A DNA stretch of 64,000 nt from Anaerolineae bacterium (GTDB taxonomy: Bacteria > Chloroflexota > Anaerolineae > UBA3071). Shown piece by piece: positions 27,714-38,255 of the stretch. Position 1 is the first letter of the stretch. The number at the start of each line of letters is the position of its first letter. The translations under genes were made by a program, and so were the position numbers. Where the stretch lies: NCBI GenBank assembly GCA_029907105.1, contig JARYMM010000002.1, positions 18,992 through 82,991 on the forward strand, read 5' to 3'. The notes below the pieces were generated by a model, which had not been told where the DNA came from, did no database searches, and worked only from the letters and a program-made list of their open reading frames with translations.

Positions 27714-27786
27714 GATCCCGGACCGTGGACAAAGCAGGAACCGCATCTGTCCCGTTAGAGGTAGAAGACGGGTTTCTGGGGCTATC

Positions 27787-29109
27787 ATGACCTACACGAC
27801 GCCGATGTTCAATCTGAAAGCTGTCGTCGAAGAGACCGGCATCACCGCCCACACGCTGCGCGCCTGGGAACGGCGCTATGGCCTGCCGCGGCCGGCGCGC
27901 AGCGAAGCTGGACACCGCCTCTATTCGCAGCGGGACATTGATGTGCTCAAATGGCTGATAGCCCGCCAACAGGAAGGCCTGAGCATCGGGAGAGCAGCGG
28001 AATTGTGGCAGGCGCTGGAAGCCGAAGGCCGGGAACCTCTGCAGGCGATGCCATTGCTTCCTCCAGCCGCCATGCCGGCTGGAGGAAAGCTCGCCGAATT
28101 GCGCCAGGCTTGGGTCTCGGCCTGCCTGGCCTTCGACGAAGCCCGCGCCGAACAGGTGGTCACGGGGGCTTTCGCCCTCTACGGGCCGGAGATGGCCTGC
28201 CTGGAGGTGCTGCAGAGGGGGCTTGCGCAGATCGGCGAGGCCTGGTACGCTGGCCAGGCCAGCGTGCAGCAGGAACACTTCGCCACCGCGCTGGCCATGC
28301 GCCGCCTGGACGGATCGGTCCTGGCCACGCCGCCACCGACACGGGCTGGCCGCATCCTGGTTGCCTGCCCGCCGGAGGAGGAACACGCCTTCAGCCTGCT
28401 GCTGGCCGCCTTCCTGTTGCGGCGACGGGGTTGGGATGTGCTCTACCTGGGTGCCAATGTGCCCATCGCCCGCCTGGAGACGGCCATCGCTGCTCGCCGG
28501 CCGCAACTGGTGCTCTCAGCGGCCCAACAGTTGCCCACAGCGGCCACCCTGCTGGAGATGGCGCGCTTCCTGTACGGGGAGCAGATTCCGCTGGCCTTTG
28601 GCGGGTGGATCTTCAACCGCCTGCCGGCATTGCCTGCCCGCATCCCCGGTCACTTCCTGGGCCAGACTATCCCGCAGGGAGTGCAGGCAGCGGAGCAATT
28701 GATGCTGGCGCCCCGCCCGCTGCCTCAGGCCGGGGGTCAGGAGGTCGCCTTCGAACACGAGAGCAGCCAGGAGCGGCGTCGGGCGCTGGCCCACTACCGT
28801 GAGCGCCAACCGCGCATCGAGGCGGAGCTGTGGCAGAACCTGGCCACGATGGGCATGGCCGAAAAGGACCTGACCATGGCCAACGACGCGCTGGCGCGCC
28901 ATATCAGTGCTGCCCTGATCCTGTGCGAGATGAGTTTTCTCGACACCTGCCTGGATTGGGCGCAGGGTCTGTTGCACAACCATGGCCTGCCCTTGGACGT
29001 CCTGTCAAACTATCTGCGCGCTTACCATCGAGCCGCCCAGGCACATCTGGATGAACGCGCCACGCCTATCGTCAATTGGCTGGCCACACAATTATCACAG
29101 GAGAAATAG
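27787..29109 (+). CDS. carH: MerR-family regulator with a cobalamin (B12)-binding domain, CarH/LitR-type light sensor, with ~130 extra C-terminal residues
   Basis: N-terminal MerR helix-turn-helix (ITAHTLRAWERRYGLPRPARSEAGHRLYS). B12-binding Rossmann motif ILVACPPEEEHAFSLLLAAFLLRRRGWDVLYLGANVP. Confidence 0.75.
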   Translation: MTYTTPMFNLKAVVEETGITAHTLRAWERRYGLPRPARSEAGHRLYSQRDIDVLKWLIARQQEGLSIGRAAELWQALEAEGREPLQAMPLLPPAAMPAGGKLAELRQAWVSACLAFDEARAEQVVTGAFALYGPEMACLEVLQRGLAQIGEAWYAGQASVQQEHFATALAMRRLDGSVLATPPPTRAGRILVACPPEEEHAFSLLLAAFLLRRRGWDVLYLGANVPIARLETAIAARRPQLVLSAAQQLPTAATLLEMARFLYGEQIPLAFGGWIFNRLPALPARIPGHFLGQTIPQGVQAAEQLMLAPRPLPQAGGQEVAFEHESSQERRRALAHYRERQPRIEAELWQNLATMGMAEKDLTMANDALARHISAALILCEMSFLDTCLDWAQGLLHNHGLPLDVLSNYLRAYHRAAQAHLDERATPIVNWLATQLSQEK

Positions 29110-29111
29110 AA

Positions 29112-29897
29112 ATGCGAAAAGACATCGTCAGACAATGGGTCAATGTGCTGGCATTGGTCGTGACCTTCGTTATCAACTCGTTGGCCGCGGCCCTGCCCCT
29201 GGGCGGGCTGACCACGGGAGAGATATCCGATCTCTTCCCTGTCTACTTCACGCCCGCCAACTATGTGTTCAGGATCTGGTTCCTGATCTACGCGGCACTG
29301 TTTGGTTTCATCGTCTACCAGGCTCTCCCTTCGCAACGGGAGAACCCACGTCTGCGCCGCGTCGGCTACCTGTTTGTCCTCAGTGCTCTGGCCAATACCG
29401 TCTGGCTGCTGCTGTGGCACTTCTGGCGCTTCCCGCTCAGCCTGGTGGCCATGATCGTGCTGCTGCTGACGCTGATCGTCATCTACCTGCGCCTGGGCAT
29501 CGGCCGCACCAGGGTCAGCACGGCCGAGACCTGGCTGGTGCGCGTGCCCTTCAGCATTTACCTGGGCTGGATCACCGTGGCCACCATCGCCAACGCCACC
29601 ACAGTCCTGCAGTATTTCAACTGGAGCGGCTGGGGCCTTAGCCCGCAGGTCTGGACGGTGATCATGCTGGCCGCGGCCACGGTCATCGGCGCGCTGGTGA
29701 GCCTGAGGCGGGGCGATGCGGCTTACATGCTCGTCCTCGTCTGGGCCTTCGCCGGCATCGCCGTGAAGCATGCGGCCACGCCCGTGGTGGCCATCGCCGC
29801 CTGGGTGGCCGCGGCGCTGGCCGCCGTCATGCTCGTTGTGGGCGTGCTGCTGAAAAGGGCGAGAGGCGGGGGACGAGAGGCGAGAAGCGAGGCGTGA
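29112..29897 (+). CDS. TspO/MBR-like tryptophan-rich membrane protein with a C-terminal extension
   Basis: Five or more transmembrane helices and high Trp content. FTPANYVFRIWFLIYAALFG and YLGWITVATIAN resemble TspO TM1 and TM5. AGGAGA ribosome-binding site; the start follows the carH stop by 2 nt. Confidence 0.5.
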   Translation: MRKDIVRQWVNVLALVVTFVINSLAAALPLGGLTTGEISDLFPVYFTPANYVFRIWFLIYAALFGFIVYQALPSQRENPRLRRVGYLFVLSALANTVWLLLWHFWRFPLSLVAMIVLLLTLIVIYLRLGIGRTRVSTAETWLVRVPFSIYLGWITVATIANATTVLQYFNWSGWGLSPQVWTVIMLAAATVIGALVSLRRGDAAYMLVLVWAFAGIAVKHAATPVVAIAAWVAAALAAVMLVVGVLLKRARGGGREARSEA

Positions 29898-30035
29898 GAG
29901 GCGAGGGGCAAAGATGAGCATCGTCCTGCTGGAAGGCCAGCGGGGTGTGCCGCGCTGCCTGCGGGAACTGGGCTCACCTTTCGTTTCCCGGAAGCGGAGA
30001 GGGCCCTGTGCGACGTGCTTGGAGCAGCGTGACAG

Positions 30036-31457
30036 ATGAGCACGGCGATCTGGTGGGCGCGGCGCGATCTGCGTCTGGCCGACAACCAGGCCCTGCAAGC
30101 GGCGCTGGCCCACGCCGGGCAGGTGGTCCCCGTCTTCGTGCTTGACCCGGTGCTGCTGACGGCGCCCGAAGCCGGGGCGAAGCGCGCGGCCTTCCTCTTC
30201 GGCGGGCTGCGAGCGCTGGATGCGCAACTGCGCGCCCGCGGCAGCCGGCTGATCATCCGCCAGGGCGACCCGCGGGACGAGCTGGCCGCGCTGCTCGCCG
30301 AAAGCGGTGCCACGGCCATCTTCGCCGAGGAGGACCCCTGGCCCTACGGCCGGCAGCGGGACCTGCGCGTGGCGGCGACGTTGCCCCTGCACCTGGTCGG
30401 CGGCCTCACCGTACAGCCGCCGGGGGCTGTGCTGAAGGCCGACGGCAATCCCTACACCGTCTTCACCCCCTTCAGCCGGCAATGGCAGGCCCTGCTGTCG
30501 TCCCAAGAGCCCACACCCCTTCCGGCGCCCGAGCGGCTGGCCGCGCCGCCTGCTGTGGCCAGTCTGCCCATACCGGAGAAACCGGCCTTGCCTGCGGCAG
30601 TGCCCTTTCCGCCTGGCGAGGGTGAAGCCTGGAAGCGGCTGCGCGGTTTCGCCGTGGGCGAAAATGCACCCATCTATGACTATGCGACGCGGCGCGACCG
30701 GCTGGACCTGGAGGGCACGTCGCGCCTTTCGCCGTACCTGCGCTTCGGCATGCTCTCTGCCGGCCAGGCTGTGGCTGCGGCGCGCCAGGCGATGGACGCT
30801 GCCCCGAACGCGGCCGCCCGCCGGGGTGCGGAGACCTGGCTCAACGAGCTCATCTGGCGCGAGTTCTACATACATATCCTGCACCATTTCCCATACGTGC
30901 TGGAGCAAAGCTTCCGCGCCGACCTGCGGGCCATTCCCTGGGCCAACGACGAGGGGGACTTCGCCGCCTGGTGCGCCGGGCGCACCGGCATCCCCGTGGT
31001 GGATGCCGCGTTGCGCCAGTTGGCCGAGACCGGCTGGATGCATAACCGGGCGCGCATGATCGTGGCTTCGTTCCTGACCAGGGATTTGCTGATTGACTGG
31101 CGCTGGGGGGAACGCGTTTTCATGCAGCACCTGGTGGATGGCGACCCGGCGGCCAACAACGGCGGCTGGCAGTGGACGGCGGGCACCGGCAGCGACGCCG
31201 CGCCCTACTTCCGCCTCTTCAACCCCACCCTGCAGGGTCAAAGACACGACCCGCAGGGGGCCTACGTGCGGCACTGGCTGCCGGAACTGGCCCGCGTGCC
31301 CGAACGCTTTATCCACGAACCTTGGAAAATGCCGCTGGAGATGCAGCGCGCAGCCGGCTGCATCATCGGCGTGGACTACCCCGCCCCCATCGTGGATCAC
31401 CGCTGGGCCCGCGAGAGGGCACTGGACGCCTATGGTGCCGCTCGTCGCAGGATGTGA
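30036..31457 (+). CDS. phr: deoxyribodipyrimidine (CPD) photolyase, class I
   Basis: Starts [21 protein letters not shown]-terminal FAD-binding domain motifs WREFY and [13 protein letters not shown]. Confidence 0.9.
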   Translation: MSTAIWWARRDLRLADNQALQAALAHAGQVVPVFVLDPVLLTAPEAGAKRAAFLFGGLRALDAQLRARGSRLIIRQGDPRDELAALLAESGATAIFAEEDPWPYGRQRDLRVAATLPLHLVGGLTVQPPGAVLKADGNPYTVFTPFSRQWQALLSSQEPTPLPAPERLAAPPAVASLPIPEKPALPAAVPFPPGEGEAWKRLRGFAVGENAPIYDYATRRDRLDLEGTSRLSPYLRFGMLSAGQAVAAARQAMDAAPNAAARRGAETWLNELIWREFYIHILHHFPYVLEQSFRADLRAIPWANDEGDFAAWCAGRTGIPVVDAALRQLAETGWMHNRARMIVASFLTRDLLIDWRWGERVFMQHLVDGDPAANNGGWQWTAGTGSDAAPYFRLFNPTLQGQRHDPQGAYVRHWLPELARVPERFIHEPWKMPLEMQRAAGCIIGVDYPAPIVDHRWARERALDAYGAARRRM

Positions 31458-31566
31458 AGCTCGAGCAGAAGGATCGGAACGGACAGGCTCAATCACTTAT
31501 CCCGCGATTGCGCTGATAGATCAGGAGGCGGCCAGGAGATCGCCTCTGAAGGACGGAGACAGAAAA

Positions 31567-32571
31567 ATGATTCCCAATCAGTGGTATGTCGTCCTGGATT
31601 CCAGCCAGGTCAAAGAAAGGCCCGTGGGCGTGACGCGCCTGGGCGAGAAGCTGGTGTTCTGGCGAGACCGAAGCGGGCAGGTGAACTGCTTCGGCGACCG
31701 CTGCGTACACCGCGGTGTCCAACTGAGCAAGGGCAAGGTCCTGGATAACGGCTGTCTGCAGTGCCCATTCCATGGCTTCCAGTACGATGCCTCTGGCCGC
31801 GTCATCATGATCCCGGCCAACGGCAAGAACATGCCGGTGCCTGAGCGCTACCGGGTGCATCGCTATCCCACTCACGAGGCACACGACTTCATCTGGATCT
31901 GGTGGGGCGAGGAGCCGCCCACAGAGTTGAAGCCGCCGCGCTTCTTTGACGACATAGACGATAGCTTCTGCTATGGCAAAGCCTATGATCCCTGGAACGC
32001 CCATTACTCTCGCGTCATTGAAAACCAACTCGACGTGGTGCACTTGCCCTTCGTCCACTACAACACCATTGGACGGGGCGGTCGCACATTGGTGGACGGC
32101 CCTGGTCTGCAGTGGGTAGACGACGACATGTTCTTCGTCTACGTCTTCAACCGTGTGGACGACGGCAGGCCTCCGCGCAGGCCCGATGAGGTGCCTACCC
32201 CCGACCCCACACGGGAGTACAAACTGGAGTTCATCTTCCCTAACCTGTGGCAGAACTACATCCATAGAGATATGCGCGTGGTGGGTGCCTTCGTGCCCGT
32301 GGACGATGAGCATACCCTGTTGTACCTGCGCTACTACCAGAGGTTCCTGACCATGCCCATCCTGGGAAACCTGGTCAGCCGCCTGGCCATGCCTTTCAAC
32401 CTCTACGTCGCCCATCAGGACCGGCGGGTGGTCATCACCCAGCAGCCCAAGGCCTCCGCCCTGGTCATGGGCGAAAAGCTGATCCAGGGCGACCATCCCA
32501 TCGTGGCCTACCGCAGACGACGGCAGGAACTGATGGAAGCAGCGGCGCGAGGCAAGGGAGACAAAGTGTAG
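31567..32571 (+). CDS. Rieske [2Fe-2S] non-heme-iron oxygenase (small PAO/KshA-like type)
   Basis: Has CVHRG...CPFHG (Rieske motif) and DVVHLPFVH (mononuclear iron site). Confidence 0.8.
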   Translation: MIPNQWYVVLDSSQVKERPVGVTRLGEKLVFWRDRSGQVNCFGDRCVHRGVQLSKGKVLDNGCLQCPFHGFQYDASGRVIMIPANGKNMPVPERYRVHRYPTHEAHDFIWIWWGEEPPTELKPPRFFDDIDDSFCYGKAYDPWNAHYSRVIENQLDVVHLPFVHYNTIGRGGRTLVDGPGLQWVDDDMFFVYVFNRVDDGRPPRRPDEVPTPDPTREYKLEFIFPNLWQNYIHRDMRVVGAFVPVDDEHTLLYLRYYQRFLTMPILGNLVSRLAMPFNLYVAHQDRRVVITQQPKASALVMGEKLIQGDHPIVAYRRRRQELMEAAARGKGDKV

Positions 32572-32590
32572 GGGTGTGTGGAGAGATCGC

Positions 32591-33796
32591 ATGAGGAATA
32601 TGAGAAGAGAACTGGTACTGATCCTGCTCTTCGTCTTCATTGACGTCTTGGGCTTCAGCCTGATCCTGCCGCTGCTGCCCTTCTACGCCGAGACCTTCGC
32701 CGCCACCCCCACCACGGTGGGCCTGCTGCTGGGGGCCAACGCCTTGACCCAACTCATCGGGGCACCGATCATCGGACGGCTCTCCGACCGCTACGGTCGG
32801 CGGCCGTTGCTCATCCTGAGCATCGCCGGCACCCTGGTCGGATTCATCATGCTGGGCCTGGCCAATTCCCTGGCCATGCTCTTCGCCAGCCGCATCCTCG
32901 ATGGCTTCCTGGGCGGCAATGTCTCCCTGGCCCAGGCCTACATCAGCGACGTGACAGACAGCAAAGAGCGAGCCAGGGGGCTGGGGCTGATCGGCGCTGC
33001 CTTTGGCCTGGGCTTCATCATTGGCCCGGCTCTGGGCGGGACGCTGGCCAGAAACGGGAACTACGCCCTGCCTGCCCTGGTTGCCTCGGCATTCTCGTTC
33101 CTCAACCTGCTCGGAGTACTCCTGTGGTTGCCCGAGTCGTTGCCGCCAGAAGAGCAGGCACGGCGGGCCGCAGAGCCTCGTGCCGCCTTCACGGCGCGGG
33201 CGCTGTGGGAGGCCCTGCAATTGCCTTGTGTGGGCCCTCTTTTGCAGAGCCAACTCGTTTTCGCCCTGGCCTTTACCACCTTCGAGACGATCTTTTCCCT
33301 CTTCGCCCAGCAACGCCTGGCCTTGAACGCCCAGCGCACCGGTTATGTGCTCACCTATGTGGGCGTTCTGGTGGTGCTGGTACAGGGAGTGGGCATCCGT
33401 TTCCTGGTGAGACGGTTCAACGACAAGCAACTGGTCTTCGGCGGAGCGATTCTGGGCCTCTTCTCCCTGCTCGCCTGGGCGCTCACGCCCTCGCTGGCCG
33501 TGCTCCTGGTGGTGCTGGCCCCGCTGGCTCTGGCTTCCGGCGTGCTGCGCGTCTCCATCAGCAGCGCGCTGACCAAGTCCGTCTGGCCGGAGGAGGTGGG
33601 TGGGGTGTTGGGACTCTCCGCCTCCCTGGGAAGCCTGGCGCGCGTCGTCTCGCCCACCGTGGGTGGGTTCCTGCTCAGCCAGGTGGGGACCGCCGCGCCG
33701 GGGATTCTGGGGGCCTTGTTAATGGGCTGGCTGATCTACTACACGCGGAAGCGAGTGCTCTTCGTGCCCGACCTGCAATGCCCGGCGCCGCGCTGA
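32591..33796 (+). CDS. MFS transporter
   Basis: 12 predicted transmembrane helices. GRLSDRYGRRP loop motif. Confidence 0.8.
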   Translation: MRNMRRELVLILLFVFIDVLGFSLILPLLPFYAETFAATPTTVGLLLGANALTQLIGAPIIGRLSDRYGRRPLLILSIAGTLVGFIMLGLANSLAMLFASRILDGFLGGNVSLAQAYISDVTDSKERARGLGLIGAAFGLGFIIGPALGGTLARNGNYALPALVASAFSFLNLLGVLLWLPESLPPEEQARRAAEPRAAFTARALWEALQLPCVGPLLQSQLVFALAFTTFETIFSLFAQQRLALNAQRTGYVLTYVGVLVVLVQGVGIRFLVRRFNDKQLVFGGAILGLFSLLAWALTPSLAVLLVVLAPLALASGVLRVSISSALTKSVWPEEVGGVLGLSASLGSLARVVSPTVGGFLLSQVGTAAPGILGALLMGWLIYYTRKRVLFVPDLQCPAPR

Positions 33797-33916
33797 GGTA
33801 ACGGCCACTTTTTCCAGAAGGGAGAGAAACGATGAAATGGATAGACGTATTGGAGGAAACCCAATTCATCTTCCCGGTCAAGATCGAGGCCGGGCGCGTG
33901 TGGGGGGTGTGAGCTC

Positions 33917-34528
33917 TTGCCTGGGGCCGTGTTCCTCTGGTCGCTGTTGGGTTTTCTTTGCGGCGCGCTTCCCTTCTCGCTGTGGATAGGCCATCTGATC
34001 GCCCGCACTGACATCCGTCGCTACGGTGATGGCAACCCCGGTGCTACCAACGCCTGGCGGGCCGGCGGGTGGCGGGCGGGAGTCCCGGCGAGCCTGCTGG
34101 ATTATCTGAAGGGGGTGGCGCCGGTGTCGCTGGCCTGCTACGGCGCCGGCCTCAGCGGTTGGGCCCTGCTGCCGGTGGCCCTGGCCCCGGTCCTGGGCCA
34201 TGCCTTCTCCCCGTTCCTGGGCTTCCGGGGCGGCAAAGCCCTTGCCGTCACCTTTGGCATCTGGACAGGGCTGACCTTGTGGGCGGGGCCGACCATGCTG
34301 GGCCTGGGCCTGGCCCTTGGCGCTCTCATCAACTCCGCCGATGCCTGGTCAGCGCTCTTCGGCCTGCTGGCCCTTCTGAGCTACCTGGTGCTCTCACATG
34401 CCCCGGCAACGTTCCTGGCCATCTGGGCGGGGAACCTGGCCATCTTTCTCTACAAGCACCGGCAGGACCTGAGAGCACCGCTCTGTATCCGCCCCTGGCT
34501 GCGCAAGCTGCTGAAGAGGTCCCCGTGA
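33917..34528 (+). CDS. plsY: glycerol-3-phosphate acyltransferase PlsY
   Basis: Has RYGDGNPGATNAWRAGG (GSGNxGATN-type motif). TTG/GTG start. The TGA stop overlaps the GTG of the next gene. Confidence 0.8.
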   Translation: MPGAVFLWSLLGFLCGALPFSLWIGHLIARTDIRRYGDGNPGATNAWRAGGWRAGVPASLLDYLKGVAPVSLACYGAGLSGWALLPVALAPVLGHAFSPFLGFRGGKALAVTFGIWTGLTLWAGPTMLGLGLALGALINSADAWSALFGLLALLSYLVLSHAPATFLAIWAGNLAIFLYKHRQDLRAPLCIRPWLRKLLKRSP

Positions 34529-35688
34529 GTTCCTCCTTCTGGCTACAGCATCAGGTGAGCATCGCCGTCTTCCTGGCCGTTCTGCTTCTCATCGTCCTGA
34601 GCAACCTGCGGGCGCTGCGTCCGCTGGGCACCTATCCTGCTCCTCCCCGCATGCCGCGGGTCTCGATGCTCCTCCCCGTGCGCGACGAGGCGGAGACAGT
34701 CGTCTCCTGCCTGCGCTCGCTGCTGGCCCAGGACTATCCCGATTTCGAGGTGCTGGTGCTGGATGATGGCTCCACTGATGGGACAGGAGATCGCCTGGCC
34801 GAACTGCAGGCGCAAAACCGGCGGTTGCAGGTATTGCCAGGACAGCCGCTGCCAGAAGGGTGGCTGGGCAAGCATTGGGCCTGTCAGCAACTGGCGCAGA
34901 AGGCCTCGGGTGACCTGCTCCTCTTCACCGACGCCGATACCCGCCACGGGCCGGGCATGCTGCGGGCAGCCGTGGCCGCCTTGCTGGCCGAGGAGGCGGA
35001 CCTGATGACGGCGTTTGTGCAGCAAGAGGTCATCTCCTGGGGGGAGCGGCTGACGGTGCCCGTCGTCTTCTGGTGTTTCTTCTCCGTGCTGCCCATAGGC
35101 CTGGCCCATCGGCTGCGCCTCCCCGGTCTGTCCCTGACCAACGGACAGTTCATGCTCTTTCGACGGGCAGCCTATGAGGCCATCGGCGGGCACGAGGCGG
35201 TGCGGGCCAACCCCGTAGACGACATCGCCCTGGGCCGACGGGTGAAAGAAGCAGGGCTGCGCTGGCGGCTGGTGGATGCCTTGGAGTTCGTGCGCTGTCG
35301 GATGTATCGCTCCTTTGGCCAGGCGCTGGAAGGGTTCGGCAAGAACCTCTTCGCCGCCTTTGACTTTCGGCTGCTGGAGTACCTGTTCGTCTGGCTCTGG
35401 ATGATGTGGATCGTCTGGGAGCCGCTGGTCGTGCTGATGCTGAAGGCGACGGCGATGTCGCCGCCGAAGCCTATGCTCTGGCCGGCAACCCTGGCCGTTG
35501 CCGAGACCCTGGCCCTGTGGCTCATCGTCCTCAGCCGCCTCCGCTTCCCGCGCGTTCTGGCCTTCCTCTATCCGCTCAGTGTGTCCCTGCTCCTGGGCGT
35601 TGCCCTCCGCTCCCTGGCCTGGACGGTGGCCGGCAGGGCCGCCTGGAAGGGCCGGCCGCTGCCCCGTCAGCGGGTGAGACTGGTGTAA
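34525..35688 (+). CDS. family 2 glycosyltransferase with an N-terminal transmembrane helix
   Basis: Has LVLDDGSTDGT and DAD motifs. GTG start overlapping the plsY stop (GTGA). Confidence 0.75.
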   Translation: MSSSFWLQHQVSIAVFLAVLLLIVLSNLRALRPLGTYPAPPRMPRVSMLLPVRDEAETVVSCLRSLLAQDYPDFEVLVLDDGSTDGTGDRLAELQAQNRRLQVLPGQPLPEGWLGKHWACQQLAQKASGDLLLFTDADTRHGPGMLRAAVAALLAEEADLMTAFVQQEVISWGERLTVPVVFWCFFSVLPIGLAHRLRLPGLSLTNGQFMLFRRAAYEAIGGHEAVRANPVDDIALGRRVKEAGLRWRLVDALEFVRCRMYRSFGQALEGFGKNLFAAFDFRLLEYLFVWLWMMWIVWEPLVVLMLKATAMSPPKPMLWPATLAVAETLALWLIVLSRLRFPRVLAFLYPLSVSLLLGVALRSLAWTVAGRAAWKGRPLPRQRVRLV

Positions 35689-35692
35689 GCCG

Positions 35693-36613
35693 TCAGAGGT
35701 TTCCAAGCAGATCCCCCAGCTCCTCCTCCCAGAGATCCCTGAAGGGCATGAACTGCCTTTCAGTGAACTCGGCGTTCACCTTTTGCAGGTAACCGGCCAC
35801 ATCGAGCTGCGGCATGGCCCGGGCCAGGTGGTCCATCTTGGCCTCCCATTCGGCGATGAGCCTGTCGGCGCGCCGGGCCAGGTCTGCAAGATCCAGACCC
35901 AGACGGAACATGTGGTCGAGCCTGCGCATCAGGTCGTACCAGGCCTTGAAGTCTTCCTCCATGGCCACCTGTTGCACGAGCACCGCAGGCTGGGAGAAGT
36001 CATAGGCCGGAACGAAGGCATAGAAGCTGAAGAACTCGATCCCCCTCGCCTCTGCCTTATCTGCCAGGTACGTGCTGATGGTGGCGCCACCCTCGTAGTC
36101 GGAAAAGCGGACAGCGTACTCGGCCAATTCGGCCTTCAGCGCCGGCAGGCTGTAGATGCAGGAAATGTCCCTCTCCTTGTTGTAGGGAACCGGCGCATGG
36201 ACGCCTCCCAGGGCCGCCACCCGTTGGATGCCCAGGGCCTCCACAGCGTCGAAAAACGCCTCCGCATAACGCTCCTCGTTCAGGTGAGGCTCCTCTCCCA
36301 GGAAGATGACGAACCCCTTTCGATCATCACCGGCATAGAAGAACTCGTTGCTTCTGCGCTCTAACGATTCCCGGTACCCCTCGCTGAGTTTGACCACCGG
36401 CCGGAGAAAGTGGTGCGCGCCGGGGAGCTGGAACAGATAGAACCCCTCCGGGGCCATTTCCCCGATGCGTCTGGCCGAGGTCTGTTCGATCAAGTACCTG
36501 GGCAAACCGGAGGACACATTGCCGGCATCTGCCCATTGCTGCCAGCCGGCGATCATGTACTGCGCAGCCTGGGGAAACTCCCAGAGTTGGATCACATCGC
36601 TCATTGCCATCAC
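35693..36613 (-). CDS. PAC2-family (proteasome-assembly-chaperone-like) protein
   Basis: The N-terminal YMIAGWQQWADAGN resembles the PAC2 GW.DAG motif. Weak call. Confidence 0.45.
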   Translation of the reverse strand: MMAMSDVIQLWEFPQAAQYMIAGWQQWADAGNVSSGLPRYLIEQTSARRIGEMAPEGFYLFQLPGAHHFLRPVVKLSEGYRESLERRSNEFFYAGDDRKGFVIFLGEEPHLNEERYAEAFFDAVEALGIQRVAALGGVHAPVPYNKERDISCIYSLPALKAELAEYAVRFSDYEGGATISTYLADKAEARGIEFFSFYAFVPAYDFSQPAVLVQQVAMEEDFKAWYDLMRRLDHMFRLGLDLADLARRADRLIAEWEAKMDHLARAMPQLDVAGYLQKVNAEFTERQFMPFRDLWEEELGDLLGNL

Positions 36614-36628
36614 CTCCTCAGGTGGCTG

Positions 36629-37747
36629 TCACCTGGCTGCCGCAACATCGCGGATGACCAGGGGGAAATAGGTGACGGGCCAGGCGTCGTTGATCGCCGC
36701 AAACCAGTCTTCCGCGCGGCGATAGTCGGAATGTTGCTCCATATGGATAAAATGCCCGGAATAGCCGGAAGCCTCTGTGCCGCAGACCTGATCACCCGGC
36801 ACGCCGTTGAGCAGCCGTCCTTCCACGTTCGTCGTGCCATTCAGGTGGCATTCGGGGTTCTCTCCCGGCCCATTCGCTATCCATGTCGGATTGTGTTGTA
36901 CCAGGTTGGCCCTCAGTTCCAACACCTTATCGCCTGCAACCGGCGGTGAGGCCGAACCGTGCGTCAGATAGACATCCACTCCAGGGCAGCTTGAACTGCC
37001 CATGCCGTGAAACTGCAGGTGGTAGAACGGGACGCCGCGACCGTCGTAGTACTCCAGCAGCTCGGCCACGGTGGCGTAGAACATGTGCTGCGTGTTGTGC
37101 GCGGCGTCGGAGCGCTTGCCGTCGGCCTGGCAATCGCTGCCCACATCGCTGGCGTAGCGGTGGGCACCGTTCATCAGCAGCGTGCGGCTGCGCGTGCGCT
37201 TGAAGATGCCGGCAGCCTGGCGGTCGGTCCAGGCCTCGTATTTGATGTGCGGGGCGGCGATGCTCAGCTCCCGCAGGGCGAGCGGGTTGTAGACAAACGT
37301 GCCCCAGCCGTGGGTCAGGCGGGGCCCCGCCGGGTCAGGGTAGGTCTCGTAGCGGGTCTCCATGAGGATGCAGTAGGTGCTGCTGGCCTCAACATCGGTG
37401 AAAGTGGTTACCGTGAAATCGCCGCCCCAGTCGTAGCCGTTCAGGTCAATGCTCTCGCATTGGCCATTCATCATCTGTGCCACCACCTCACGCCACTGCG
37501 CCACCTCCTCCGCCGTAGGCACGTCGAAACCATCGCGGCCATCCTTGCTGTAGCGGTCAGGCACGTAGTCGTAGAAGCAATAGACCAGCTCTTCCAACGT
37601 GTCGCTGCTGCCCAGGCAGGGCACAGTCCCCCCTTGGGCTGCCGGGCTGCCCTCGGCAACAGACCAGACGAAAAGCAGACACAGCAAAAGGGTCACCGTT
37701 GCCCGCGTTGAAGAGAAGCGATGAACTTTCCCCTCCCTGGCCTTCAT
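36629..37747 (-). CDS. secreted hypothetical protein
   Basis: Starts MKAREGKVHRFSSTRATVTLLLCLLFVWSVAEGSPAAQG (signal peptide). 372 aa. GGAGG lies before ATG 37747. Confidence 0.5.
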   Translation of the reverse strand: MKAREGKVHRFSSTRATVTLLLCLLFVWSVAEGSPAAQGGTVPCLGSSDTLEELVYCFYDYVPDRYSKDGRDGFDVPTAEEVAQWREVVAQMMNGQCESIDLNGYDWGGDFTVTTFTDVEASSTYCILMETRYETYPDPAGPRLTHGWGTFVYNPLALRELSIAAPHIKYEAWTDRQAAGIFKRTRSRTLLMNGAHRYASDVGSDCQADGKRSDAAHNTQHMFYATVAELLEYYDGRGVPFYHLQFHGMGSSSCPGVDVYLTHGSASPPVAGDKVLELRANLVQHNPTWIANGPGENPECHLNGTTNVEGRLLNGVPGDQVCGTEASGYSGHFIHMEQHSDYRRAEDWFAAINDAWPVTYFPLVIRDVAAAR

Positions 37748-38255
37748 GTCTTTCACCTCCAAATCGTTTATAGCTGGAGCAGCGAGCAACAGGCAGCGCC
37801 TGTGGCAGGGGGGCGCACAAGGAAGCGCAGGCGGCCCTTACTGGCAAGTATAGCACAATCAGACCGGGACTGCAACAGTGGGGAAAGCGCCCAGGGTGCG
37901 GAATCCCTTCTTGATGAGGAAGCGCAGGTTGCCGGCTTTAGTGCCCACAGCGGGCGGCAACCTGGCCTCCCTCAGATCAAACAGATAACGCTGGCGCATG
38001 GGTCATCCTCGATGGGCAAAAGGCGCGGTGCTTGTTGGCACAAAGATGAGAGATGTGGTATGATATAGTGAATCTACTACATGATACACCAATATGCATC
38101 CCTGTCCAAAACGACATAGCGGTACCAGCCCGGGCTGACCGCGGGCGGCCAGGCTGTATGGTCGGATTGCGGCGATTATTCAGCCGCCAGGAGCAGCAGC
38201 GTCAGATCGTCGCTGCCACGCTGGAACTTCTGCAAGACCTGGAGGGAAGAAGACG

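Noticed and set aside
27714-27786. Inverted repeat GGACA...TGTCC upstream of carH considered as a CarH operator
   Set aside because: It has only a 5-bp stem and no clear -35/-10 context. It is too weak to call without binding data.
37859-37999. 46-aa minus-strand ORF (MRQRYLFDLREARLPPAVGTKAGNLRFLIKKGF...) in the 37.8-38.2 kb spacer
   Set aside because: It has no ribosome-binding site, no recognisable family and no supporting context. It is probably a chance ORF in promoter DNA.
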